Assembly: GCA_964016885.1 (NCBI GenBank)
Contig: OZ024757.1
Span: 6,572,001 to 6,636,000, forward strand
Source: Eledone cirrhosa
Taxonomy: Eukaryota
Direction of reading: 5' to 3'
DNA length: 64,000 nt
Both the position numbers and the translations under genes were made by a program. Below, in pieces: positions 13,715 through 24,793 of this stretch. The notes beneath the pieces are model-generated. The model did not search any database, was not told where the DNA came from, and worked only from the letters and a program-made list of their open reading frames with translations. Within the stretch, counting starts at the first letter, position 1, and every line of letters starts with the position of its first letter.

Positions 13715-15403
13715 ATGCCATATCACTGTGATATCTGTGGTAAATCATTCTCTCAAAGTAGTAGCCTAACTACACATAAACGTACACATACGGGAGACAA
13801 GCCATATCACTGTGATATCTGTGGTAAATCATTCTCTCGAAGTAGTCACTTAACTAACCACAAACGTACCCATACAGGAGAGAAGCTATATCACTGTGAT
13901 ATCTGTGGTAAATCATTCTCTCTAAGTAGTAACTTAACTGCACATAAACGTACACATACAGGAGCCAAGCCATATCACTGTGATAACTGTGGTAAATCAT
14001 TCTCTCTAAATGGTACCTTAACTAGCCACAAACGTACCCATACAGGAGACAAGCCATATCACTGTGATATCTGTGGTAAATCATTCTCTCAAAGTAGTAA
14101 CCTAACTACACATATACGTACCCATACAGGAGACAAGCCATATCACTGTGATATCTGTGGTAAATCATTCTCTCTAAGTAGTAACTTAACTGCACATAAA
14201 CGTACACATACAGGAGACAAGCCATATCACTGTGATATCTGTGGTAAATCATTCTCTGAAAGTAGATCCTTATTTAAGCATAAACTTATACATACAGGAG
14301 ACAAGCCATATAACTGTGATATCTGTGGTAAATCATTCTCTGGAAGTAGGGCTGTAACTAGCCACAAACGGACCCATACAGGAGACAAGCCATATCACTG
14401 TGATATCTGTGGTAAATCATTCTCTGAAAGTAGATCCTTATTTAATCATAAACGTATACATACAGGAGACAAGCCATATCACTGTGATATCTGTGGTATA
14501 TCATTCTCTCAAAGTAGTAACTTAACTGCACATAAACGTATACATACAGGAGACAAACCATATCACTGTGATATCTGTGGTAATTCATTCTCTCAAAGTA
14601 GTAGCCTAACTACACATAAACGTACACATACAGGAGACAAGCCATATTACTGTGATATCTTTGGTAAATCATTCTCACTAAGTTGTAACTTAACTAGACA
14701 TAAACGTACACATACAGGAGACAAGCCATATCACTGTGATATCTGTGGTAAATCATTCTCTCTAAGTGGTACCTTAACTAGCCACAAACGTACCCATACA
14801 GGAGACAAGCCATATCACTGTGATTTCTGTGGTAAATCATTCTCTCTAGGTAGTAACTTAACTACGCATAAACGTACACATACAGGAGACAAGCCATATC
14901 ACTGTGATATCTGTGGTAAATCATTCTCTCTAAGTGGTACCATAACTAGCCACAAACGTACCCATACAGGAGACAAGCCATATCACTGTGATATCTGTGG
15001 TAAATCATTCTCTCTAAGTAGTAACTTAACTACACATAAACGTACACATACAGGAGACAAGCCATATCACTGTGATATCTGTGGTAAATCATTCTCTCTA
15101 AGTAGTAACTTAACTACACATAAACGTACACATACAGGAGACAAGCCATATCACTGTGATATCTGTGGTAAATCATTCTCTCGAAATGGTACCTTAACTA
15201 GCCACAAACGTACCCATACAGGAGACAAGCCATATCACTGTGATATCTGTGGTAAATCATTCTCTGTAAGTAATGCCTTAACTAGACACAAACGTATACA
15301 TACAGGAGACAAGCCATATCACTGTGATATCTGTGGTAAATCATTCTGTGTTAGTAGTACCTTAACTAGCCACAAACTGATACATGCAGAGGAGAAATCA
15401 TAA
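13715..15403 (+). CDS. Tandem C2H2 zinc-finger protein, 20 fingers, mostly TGDKP linkers
   Basis: 562-aa ORF of 28-aa units YHCDICGKSFSxxxxLxxHKRTHTGDKP. Finger 12 has C->F (CDIFG). No effector domain is visible. AATAAA at ~15820. Confidence 0.85.
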   Translation: MPYHCDICGKSFSQSSSLTTHKRTHTGDKPYHCDICGKSFSRSSHLTNHKRTHTGEKLYHCDICGKSFSLSSNLTAHKRTHTGAKPYHCDNCGKSFSLNGTLTSHKRTHTGDKPYHCDICGKSFSQSSNLTTHIRTHTGDKPYHCDICGKSFSLSSNLTAHKRTHTGDKPYHCDICGKSFSESRSLFKHKLIHTGDKPYNCDICGKSFSGSRAVTSHKRTHTGDKPYHCDICGKSFSESRSLFNHKRIHTGDKPYHCDICGISFSQSSNLTAHKRIHTGDKPYHCDICGNSFSQSSSLTTHKRTHTGDKPYYCDIFGKSFSLSCNLTRHKRTHTGDKPYHCDICGKSFSLSGTLTSHKRTHTGDKPYHCDFCGKSFSLGSNLTTHKRTHTGDKPYHCDICGKSFSLSGTITSHKRTHTGDKPYHCDICGKSFSLSSNLTTHKRTHTGDKPYHCDICGKSFSLSSNLTTHKRTHTGDKPYHCDICGKSFSRNGTLTSHKRTHTGDKPYHCDICGKSFSVSNALTRHKRIHTGDKPYHCDICGKSFCVSSTLTSHKLIHAEEKS

Positions 15404-15765
15404 CGCATTGACATCAGTCATAAATCATTCTCTCAAATTTGTGAATTAATGAGAATACAAATACATATAATTGTGACATCTGAGAGAAACCATTCTCTTT
15501 GAATGTTACACACAAACATATACATACAGCTGGGAAGCCATATCACTTTGATATATTTGGTAAATCTTTCTCTAAATGTTGTGACTTCACTAGACACTAA
15601 CATCTACAGGAGAGGAACCATATCACTATGATGTCCGCAGTAAATGCTTCTCTAAATTCTGTGACTTCATTAGACACTAACATCTACAGGAGAGGAACCA
15701 TATCACTGTGATGTCTGTGATAAATTGTTCTCTTCTAAAGATTACTTAATGCAACACAATTAGAC
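15404..15765 (+). pseudogene. Decayed fingers in the putative ZNF1 3'UTR, including 80-bp units
   Basis: ACAGGAGAGGAACCATATCACT(A/G)TGATGTC repeated at 80-bp spacing (units at 15571 and 15651). Confidence 0.7.
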
Positions 15766-16035
15766 AAGATGAAAACCATGTCACTCACCCAAAATAGTGC
15801 CACCAATGTTAATATTTTGAATAAAACTGTTTTACTAAGAAATTCTTCTCCTTTCATTTTATTTGTAGAAGTTGTAACCAAGAGTTTTGCCAACAAAACT
15901 GTATTGTTCAGAATTTACACACGTTATATATATGTGAATGTATGTGTGTAGAAATTTGTGTCCATGTATATGTTCGTATCTGTGTTTGTATATACTTATG
16001 TGCATATGTGTTTGATTTATGTATGTATGTATGTA

Positions 16036-16672
16036 CGTCATCTTCATCAACATGATCACTGTTTTTATGTCGGTTTTTCCATGCTTGCTTGGTTGGACAG
16101 GTCCTTCTCAACATGGCATCTTTCCACTCGTCATGTTCCTTTGTCATCTCCTCTGTGAGAGTCAGTTATTTGAAGTCAGTTCACACAGCCTCTGTCCAGG
16201 TCTTTCTTGGTCTACCTCTACTATGGTTTCCTTCTACTGGGATTTCCTGGCACTTCTTCACCCAGCGGTCATTATCCATGTGCATCCCATGTCTGTACAA
16301 ACACAGTCTTCTCTCTTACACACCACTTCAGATCACTCTTAAACCCAGCTTTTTCTTGAACTCGTCCAAGCTCTGCCTTTCTCTTACACTTACATAACAT
16401 ATCCTACAAAGCATGGTTGTTCTATTTCTCTCCAGTCTACATATCCTCTGCAGTTACAGCCCTTGTTTAGTTACCATGCATCATTGCACATCACCCACAT
16501 GTGTCATACAGTTGTCCTTTTGTACAGAGAGAGAAACCTTTTGTGGTGAACTGTTGCAGTAGCTCTCTAAACTTTTTCCATCCTTTCCTTATTCTAGCTA
16601 TTCATCTTTCAGAGCAGCCTCATCCACTGCTAATTAAGTCACCTAGATTGCAAAATCTATCAACCACTTCTA
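16036..16672 (-). mobile_element. Decayed RTE 3' fragment
   Basis: Reverse complement matches the RTE C-terminus at 23410-23843, e.g. the CQEIPVEG..RGRPRK-type segment. Confidence 0.8.
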
Positions 16673-17094
16673 TGTGTGTCTAATTACATATTTATTTAAG
16701 CCTGACAATTACACTGCTAAAGATTTACCTCCCTTTTTGACAATATGAAACTCTCCTCTGTTTTAGGTGAAAATTGTTGGAGGAAAGAACTTCCTTTTAA
16801 TATTTGTCAGCATGCCTAATGAAGGGTCTGTTTGGAAATGCCCCCCCCCCCCCCTCCCCATTAAACAGTGGTGGCCATAAGTGGAATAGGAAACCAATAG
16901 TCACACATACATGTTATGTGTATGAAACATTATTTACTCTAAATAGACTATGGGTACACCAGAGATTTAGTAGGAGATAAAGTAAGGTTGGTAAGAAAGT
17001 ATGTTTTATGTGGGGGTCATTGCACTGGAACAGTAAAAAGCAATCGCTTTTAGGAGACAAGCTCTATCAAATATTTAAAGGGTTCCATAAAAGT

Positions 17095-18412
17095 AGCTGG
17101 TTGACAGTTTCTGTTACCTGGGTGACCAAATTAGCAGTGGAGGTAGGTGTTCTGAAAGTACAGTAACAAGAGTAAGAACAAGATGGCAGAGGTTTAGGGT
17201 GTTACTACTGCTACTAGCTACACAAGGTTGTTTCATCAATTTTATGTCTGTATATGAACAGCAATGCTGCATTGCAGTGATGACCTCAAGATTGGATAGA
17301 AATGAAGCTTGAATCTCCAATGGATGTGTAATATTAATATACATGAAGAACAAATAACCTGAGAGAGAACCTGGGGATAAGAGGGATAAGATACAGTATG
17401 CAGGAGAGGAGATTGCTGTGGTATGGGCATGTGATATGTATGAAGGTAGAGATGCTGTATAAAAGGTTGACTGCTTGAAAATTGATGGAAGAGGAAGACC
17501 TAGGAAAGCTTGGGATGAGGAGGTAAAAACTGACCTGACACCATTGTACCTCTCAAAGGTGATAACACAGGATTGAAATCTCTGGCGTTATACAATACTG
17601 CAGGAGACCTGCATTCCCATGTCCACGGGTTGACACAACATTTAGTGGTTTGAAGTATGCTCTAATTTTCCTCCTCCCCACATCTTAACACTCCACCCCC
17701 TTACCAGCTAAGTACTCCACCCTGACCTACCTCTCCAATTCCCACCCTACATACACACAACCACACCCCCACTTTCACATCTGAAACACCTTTCTTGACC
17801 AACCCATGTATACAAGTATGGAAAGCTTAACATGCTCTCCCCCAATGCTGCTTAAATGGCTAAAAGCCCTCAAACAACCCTGTAAGGTGGTCATGCAAGT
17901 GTCATGACAAAAGAACACAGAGTCCTCTCTGTTAGGTAATATGACAAAAGAGCACCTAACCCTCCCTGCAAGGTAGTCATGCTGGTGACATGACAACTAA
18001 GCACCCAGTTCACCCAGTAATATAGACATGACAGGAGACCCCTAGCCCACTCTGTAAAGTAGTCATGCTAGTGGCAAGACTGAAGGGACTCGAACCACCC
18101 TTCAAAGTAGTCAAATTGGTGACCTGACAAAGAGCACCAAGTCTGCTCTCTTAGCTGGTGGTTGTCATGATGATGACACAGCAAAAAGCACCCAGTCCAC
18201 CCTGTAGATTGGTCATGTTAGCAACCCAATAAATACCAAGTCCACCCTGTAAATGTGGTTGGAGTTAGGAAGGGCATCCAGCCGTAGAAACCAACCAGAA
18301 ATGGTTCTTGCATGAGCAAGAGACGGTTATTTGATCTAAGTTTTCACACAACAGGACAAGTCGTCTGACCCATGCTAGCTTGTAAAATGGAGTTTAAATT
18401 GTGATGAGGATA
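17095..18412 (+). mobile_element. Decayed RTE 3' region with long repetitive 3'UTR
   Basis: TTCTGTTACCTGGGTGACCAAATTAGCAGTGGAGGT (FCYLGDQISSGG), GGAAGACCTAGGAAAGCTTGG and TTAGGAAGGGCATCCAGCCGTAGAAA. Confidence 0.8.
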
Positions 18413-18705
18413 AATACAGTATATGAATATATACGTATATATTATATTCTGTTATCCTTATACCTGTTCCAGCCATGCTGGGACACCGCCGTTGAGATAT
18501 TTGTATATATATATATATAATCTGTGAACACAGAAGTAAATATTTCGAAAAACTTTGCAACCGAAGGAAGACCGGAAGACGATACTTTGTTCCATGAAGA
18601 CGTTTCCTGGCAATGAACGGGAAAAAGTGAAGACAATACGTCGTTATGTGGAGCGGTGACAACAATTACACGTAAGGACAAAACCGTGTTTATGGTATAA
18701 ATGGA

Positions 18706-18897
18706 GTCGTTGGGTTGGTAGTTTCGGTTGAGGGTCGGACGCCATTCTTTGCAGCAAAGAGTTACTGCCCTTTATGATCTGAGTTCAAATCCCGCCGAGG
18801 TTAACTTTGCATTTATCCTTATGGGGTCGATAAAATAAAGTACCAGTAATACACTGGGATAATTGCTGGCCTTGTGCCAAAAGTAGAAACAATTATT
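18706..18897 (+). mobile_element. SINE family A
   Basis: GAGTTCAAATCCCGCCGAGGTTAACTTTGC..GGGGTCGATAAAATAAAGTACCAGT..GTAGAAACAATTATT. Confidence 0.85.
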
Positions 18898-19054
18898 TAG
18901 GAAACTGAATGATTCTCGGCTTCGGAGTTCAGAATAATTTTTTCTACTTTTGCCACAAGGCCAGCAATTACCCAGTGTATTACTGGTACTTTACAGAATA
19001 ATGTAAGTAAATTAGTAGAACGAAAATGACAGAGGTTATTAAAATCATAAAACT

Positions 19055-19178
19055 AATAATTGTTTCTACTTTTTGGCACAAGGCCAGCAATTAACCAGTA
19101 CATTACTGGTACTTTATTTTATCGACCCCGTAAGGATGAAAGGTAAAGTTAACCTCGGTGGGATTTGAACTCAGACCA
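19055..19178 (-). mobile_element. SINE family A, inverted relative to 18706-18897
   Basis: AATAATTGTTTCTACTTTT..TACTGGTACTTTATTTTATCGACCCC..GGATTTGAACTCAGA. Confidence 0.85.
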
Positions 19179-19764
19179 TCCATTAAAGTAATAATAATTA
19201 AATATATGCATACACACATTTATTCAGGTGCATATGTGAAAACACACGGCATGCATGCATATACATGCACGTACACATAAACACGCACACACGGTTGTAA
19301 ACTTGCGCGACACATACGAACGTATACACCAAATACACATATAAATATGTTTGTGTGTATATATACATATAATTTTATATACATATATAAATATACACGC
19401 ATAAATGCGTATAGAACTCACACTCACATACCTACAGGTAAATACACACGTTCACCAAACATACATATACCAACACCCTATGTACACATATACACACCAT
19501 ACATACGTGTAAACACCATATACACATATACATACATACGTACATACACCAAATCATTTCCTGTATGAGCAAGGCATGGTCATCCGACCAGACACTGCCC
19601 ACAACAGGACAACTCGTCTAACCCATGCTAGCGTGGAAGAACGGACGTAAAACGGTGATGATGATGATGATGATATATAGTAATAATAAATTTGAAGACT
19701 AAAATCCAAAGAGGGCTCGATAAGGATAAATATATATATCAAATATATAAGAACCGTAGAGCAA

Positions 19765-19901
19765 ATATTTATTAAAATAACAGATTAAAGTTTAAGCAAA
19801 GAATCGCTGCTTTCACCCTTAATGGGATCTTCAGAAGATCCCGTTAAGGGTGAAAGCAGCGATTCTTTGCTTAAACTTTAATCTGTTATTTTAATAAATA
19901 T
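19765..19901. repeat. Fold-back palindrome (68-bp arms) containing an HHR core
   Basis: Centre GATCTTC-A-GAAGATC at 19833; one mismatch between the arms. Confidence 0.9.
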
Positions 19902-22766
19902 ATATATATATATATATCCAAAATTAAGGGTGTCATGTCAGATAGACATGCGTGATATCCCCTGTAAAATATGCTCCAAGATTCTAATGAATAGATCCAA
20001 GCATTTTATATCAATTAATCAATTTATCAATTAATAAGGTATCTATTTTTGAAGTTCTAGTTAAACTTTATTTACTTACCTACCTAGCTATGTGTACTTA
20101 CACACTTTTACAAATTATCCCCTCTGATTGTTTCATAAGTTTATTTTAGATATATTTATATGTCAATCAATTTCTAGTTGATATATATATATATGTATAT
20201 ATATATATAGAGAGAGAGAGCAATTGTAATGGATAATATCACTGCTATTTCTAGCAGTTAGGGAGACTAGGTTGTGGATCAGATCAGTAGGCATACTTCA
20301 AAACATAATAAAGATTTATTTTTGCTTGACGTGAACGAATGTACAAAGGGTGTGAAGTGGTACAGAGATCCTGTATAACAAAGCTGACATGTAATAGCAA
20401 ATCTTTTAATGGTAAGTACTTTGGAACCAAATTGTTGGTTACGGTAACTCTCCTAAAAGCCGTATAATGAAACTAATCTCATCGTTAGAGAGCAAAGTGA
20501 CAGGAGTAGGGAAGCCATCACTACAGAAGACCTGCCCCACCTCCCATGTACACAAAATGATATGAAACAAACATGTAGAGTACACACTAATCTGCACCGA
20601 TCTTCTCCCTACACCTCACCATTCACCCAGTCCACACTGTAATGTGGTTGGCATTAGGAAGGGCATCCAGCTGTAGAAATCAAACCAAAATACAGATCCA
20701 TGTGAGCAACACATGTTCACATGGTCTGACATGTTTCATAACATGACACCTTGTCTAACATATCAAGTGGGAAATAACAGACGTTAAATGATGATGATTA
20801 TGATGATGATATACACATACATATATATTTGTATGTATATATTTGTGTGTGTGTATACAGAAATAATATATACACTACTTAATTATATATATATTCTCAG
20901 ACCGGGTGATGTGTTGTTTCCTTTAGCAAGACACTTTATTTCACATTGCTCCAGTTTACTCAGCTGTAGAAATGAGATGATAGGACTGGGGTCCCTATTA
21001 TTCCACTGCAAAGTGGTCGTGGAGGTGCCACGGCAAACAAAGCACCCAGCCCACACTGTAGAGTAGACGTGTAGGTGCCACGGAAAAAAAGCACCCAGCA
21101 CTCACTGTAAATGAGGTTGGTGTTAGGAAGGGCATCCAGCTGTAGAAATCAAGCCAGAATCAGTTCCCGTCCCACCCTAGCAAGCAGGGAAAAGCGGATG
21201 TAAAAGGATGATGATGATATACACATATATATATATTTGTATGTATATATTTGTGTGTGTGTATACAGAAATAATATATACACTACTTAATTATATATAT
21301 ACAACATATCAAAATAAATCAAATAAATTTAACAAACGACTGAATCTAGCAAAATAGAATATTTTATTTATTTATAATTTGGTGATAAACAATAATTTTA
21401 GTAAAAGTAATTCTTCTCTTTTTCACACTTTCTTTCCCTCCTTTTTCCACGCACACATATATATATATATATATATACATATACACACACACAAGAGTAT
21501 AAAGTGGTTGCGTAGCGTAATAGAGTTGCTGGCACAATAAAATAGACCTTGTTCACTCTGTAAATTAGTCATGAGGGTTCTACAATAAAATGCACCCAGT
21601 CCACTCTGTAAAGTGGTTGTCATTGAAAACGTCATCCAGCAATGTCTGGTCTCGTTCCATGACAACACAAGCCATCCAGCTAATGTTAGAATGGAACACA
21701 GATATAAGATGATGATAATGATGATGATAGAGACTAGTTTGCCTTTAAATATTGACAATGAAGAGCCTCAAAACATTCTTCTGTCTTTAGAGCTTCTTTC
21801 AGAGTGGCTATGGTGCATTTTTCTGGTTTACAAATTTCACACCATCTGCGTAACATTTGAATAGCCTGTTTCACAATACTCTTAGGATTGTCATGCTCTA
21901 TTTTGTCAAGTTCAATAGATGGAACTTCTAATTCAACACCTGTAAAATATAAAACAATAAGAAACCAATACTACAACAACAACAACAACATTAAACAGAT
22001 TAGTTATATAAAATATGTATACCACAGGTTGTTGTAAATAAAGTAACTAGCTGTAGAGTAATAGAAATAATTAACATAAACATTCTAAAATATTGTTGTA
22101 TGTTTCCAAGGATACCGACAAAAATAAAGAAGTTGAAGTGAGGAGAAGAAAGAAGAAGAAGATTAAAGAAAATAGACTTGAGAAAATTATGGCAAAGAAA
22201 TGGCAGAAGTTTTTGTATTGTCAGAACTTGTTCAGAATTTAAATATCCAACATTGATAACCAACATTCACAACATGTCATCCATAGGAAAGGTTTAAAGG
22301 ATGAGATTGAAGACCCCTCAATAACATCACAAGATCAGTGTCTGAAATAGTCATGTTTCTGCCTAAAAGGTACCAAGACATCAATGACAAGTGACAAACA
22401 TTTCCTCGTCCTCGCTACTAAATTTAGACATGACAACATCCCTAGTGTTGGTGCCATGATTAAATCAGCAGTGCCTTTCATGATGATAATGATGAATATA
22501 ATTTATAATAAAAGTATTACAATACATCACCTGTGTTTGTATGTTTATATATAACCCCACCTGTAATTCTTTAGAATTGACACACACAAACATACACACA
22601 CATAGACACAATACATTTCCTATCTCAGACATGTTGCTATAATATGTTCACAACTTTAGTCATGAGAGAAACAATATAAAAAAAGATTTCTTTACCATTT
22701 TGATTCAATAATTTATCTTTTATGAATAAAGTATGAAGTGTGGAAATCTTGTATGTATTAAATATT

Positions 22767-22982
22767 ATAATAATTGTTTCTACTTTAGGCACAAGGCCAA
22801 CAATTTGAAGGGAAAGGGGAAAGTCAATTAAATCAACCCCAGTGCATTACTGCTACTTTATTTTATTGACTCTGTAAAGATGAAAGGCGAAGCTAACCTC
22901 GGCAGGATTTGAACTCAGAACGTTCAGGGTCATAACTCTATGCTACAAAGCATGGCGTGTGACGCTCTACTGATACTGCCAA
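22767..22982 (-). mobile_element. SINE family A, near full length
   Basis: Reverse complement shows a tRNA-like head (GGCAGTATCAGTAGAGCGTC..GAGTTCAAATCC), the core and an (ATT)n-like tail. Confidence 0.85.
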
Positions 22983-22984
22983 TC

Positions 22985-23185
22985 CATAATCAATAATAAT
23001 AAAGAAAATTATTGTGTACAATGCTCAGGTGCACTACAACTCATCAAAGGTGGATGTATCATACATAGAGTCATGTAGAAATATCAGGAAAGTGAACAGT
23101 GATTGAGTCATGATATACACACACACACACGTGTATGGAGGGGGGATATCAGGAAGCATGGAGGTGTTGAAGGATGCAGTGTCAT
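22985..23185 (-). mobile_element. CR1-type LINE 3' end fragment
   Basis: Reverse complement of the CR1 terminus at 29210-29430 (GAGTTGTAGTGCACCTGAGCA..GTACACAATAAT). Confidence 0.75.
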
Positions 23186-23409
23186 ACATCTTTACATTGA
23201 TCTTATGTTATTGATTTGAAGTTGTCAGCATTTTACAGAGTGTACTGGGTGTATTTTATTGTGGAAACAGCTCCACCACAACTAACAATAATAATGATGA
23301 TGATTACATCAGTAAGTATATTTATTAAGTTACATTATTAAAAAGACAACATAACGATGACCCATGGTGGGATTTTGACATTAATGACTGAATAAAAAAG
23401 AGACATTAT

Positions 23410-23843
23410 TGAGTAAATGTGCAGCAACTGCAGAGGATATGCGACGGCTGGAGAGAAATGAAGCAAGCATGCTCCGTTGGATGTGCAATGTCAATGTGCA
23501 TGAACGACCAAGCATAGATGTGTTGAGAGAGAAACTGTGTATAAGAGAGATAAGATGTAGTGTGTGGGAGAGAAGATTGTGTTGGTATGGACATGTGATG
23601 TGCATGGAGGATGACCACTGGGTAAAGAAATGCCAAGAAATCCCAGTAGAAGGAAGACGCAGTAGAGGAAGACCACGAAAAACATGGGCGGAGGTGGTGA
23701 GAGCAGACCTCAGATCACTGAAACTCACAGAGGAGATGATGAGGGACCGTAACAAGTGGAGTGATGCTGTGCTGAATAGGACCCGTCCCACCCTTGCAAG
23801 CAGGGAAAAGTGGACGTAAAATGATGATGATGATGATGATGAT
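23410..23843 (+). mobile_element. 5'-truncated RTE LINE 3' end with (GAT)n tail
   Basis: Peptide LERNEASMLRWMC..RRLCWYGHV..RGRPRKTW, ending GGACGTAAAATGATGATGATG. Confidence 0.9.
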
Positions 23844-24008
23844 GAACATAAGCATAACAAAAGTCTATAAAAGCTAGTGCATGGATCAAATATAAATTTA
23901 AGAATGTAAAAATACATCTTCAAAATATATTTTTAATATATTTATAATAAAAAGTTCAACTACATCTTTCAGTCTTAAGTATATAGATAATCTGTTATAC
24001 TTCAAATG

Positions 24009-24180
24009 TAATAATTGTTTCTACTTTTGGCACAAGGCCAGCAATTACCCCAGTGCATTACTGGTAATTTATTTTATCAATGGCAAAGTTATCATCGGCA
24101 GGATTTCAACTCAGACCGTAAAGGGCCGTAACTCTATGCTGCAAGCATGGTGTCCGACCCTCTACCAATCCACTGCCCTA
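24009..24180 (-). mobile_element. SINE family A
   Basis: Same head, core and tail as the other copies, with an internal deletion. Confidence 0.8.
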
Positions 24181-24581
24181 GTCAAGGTGTAATAATGACA
24201 ATAATAAATATTAGGGCTAATGATTATACAACTAGAGAATTATTTTTAAAATTATTAATAATAATTTTACAATAATATATTAGCAAATACAATAAAATAA
24301 TTAATCAATGTAGAGTAAAAAGCTGAATATTATTAAAATTTATAAAAAATTAATACAAAAAATGTTATTAATAAATTATATTTCACCTCTGTATTATATT
24401 TGTTGTTTTACATTGAGCTATTGTCATACTTGTAATTGGATAATATTTAATATTACCCACATTATATATATGTATATATCCAGGGAGTGTAACACGGAGT
24501 TACTGTAGGTTCACCTGGGTGAGCACTCCATCTTTAGGTTCACGTCTGTAGTGAAGTGTAGAGCTAGACAGAGTGTAATAG

Positions 24582-24767
24582 AATAATACAAGGACAAAAA
24601 GTTACACCTTCATTACTTTTATTGGTTGGTGACACATGTTTCGTTATTGATCAGCTCAAGGTTTGATCTGTATTGATACAGATCAAACCTTGAGCTGATC
24701 AATAGTGAAACATGTGTCACCAACCAATAAATGTAATGAAGGTGTAACCTTTTGTCCTTGTATTATT
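24582..24767. repeat. Fold-back palindrome (92-bp arms) of a Penelope-pLTR-like end
   Basis: Centre TGTAT-TG-ATACA at 24674/24675. Each arm carries GAAACATGTGTC..AATAAA. Confidence 0.9.
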
Positions 24768-24793
24768 ATGTATGTATATATATTAACACAATT

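Noticed and set aside
21730-22700. Possible minus-strand exons (strong acceptor near 21941)
   Set aside because: Only splice-like signals are present, with no recognisable coding sequence; this cannot be supported without RNA data.
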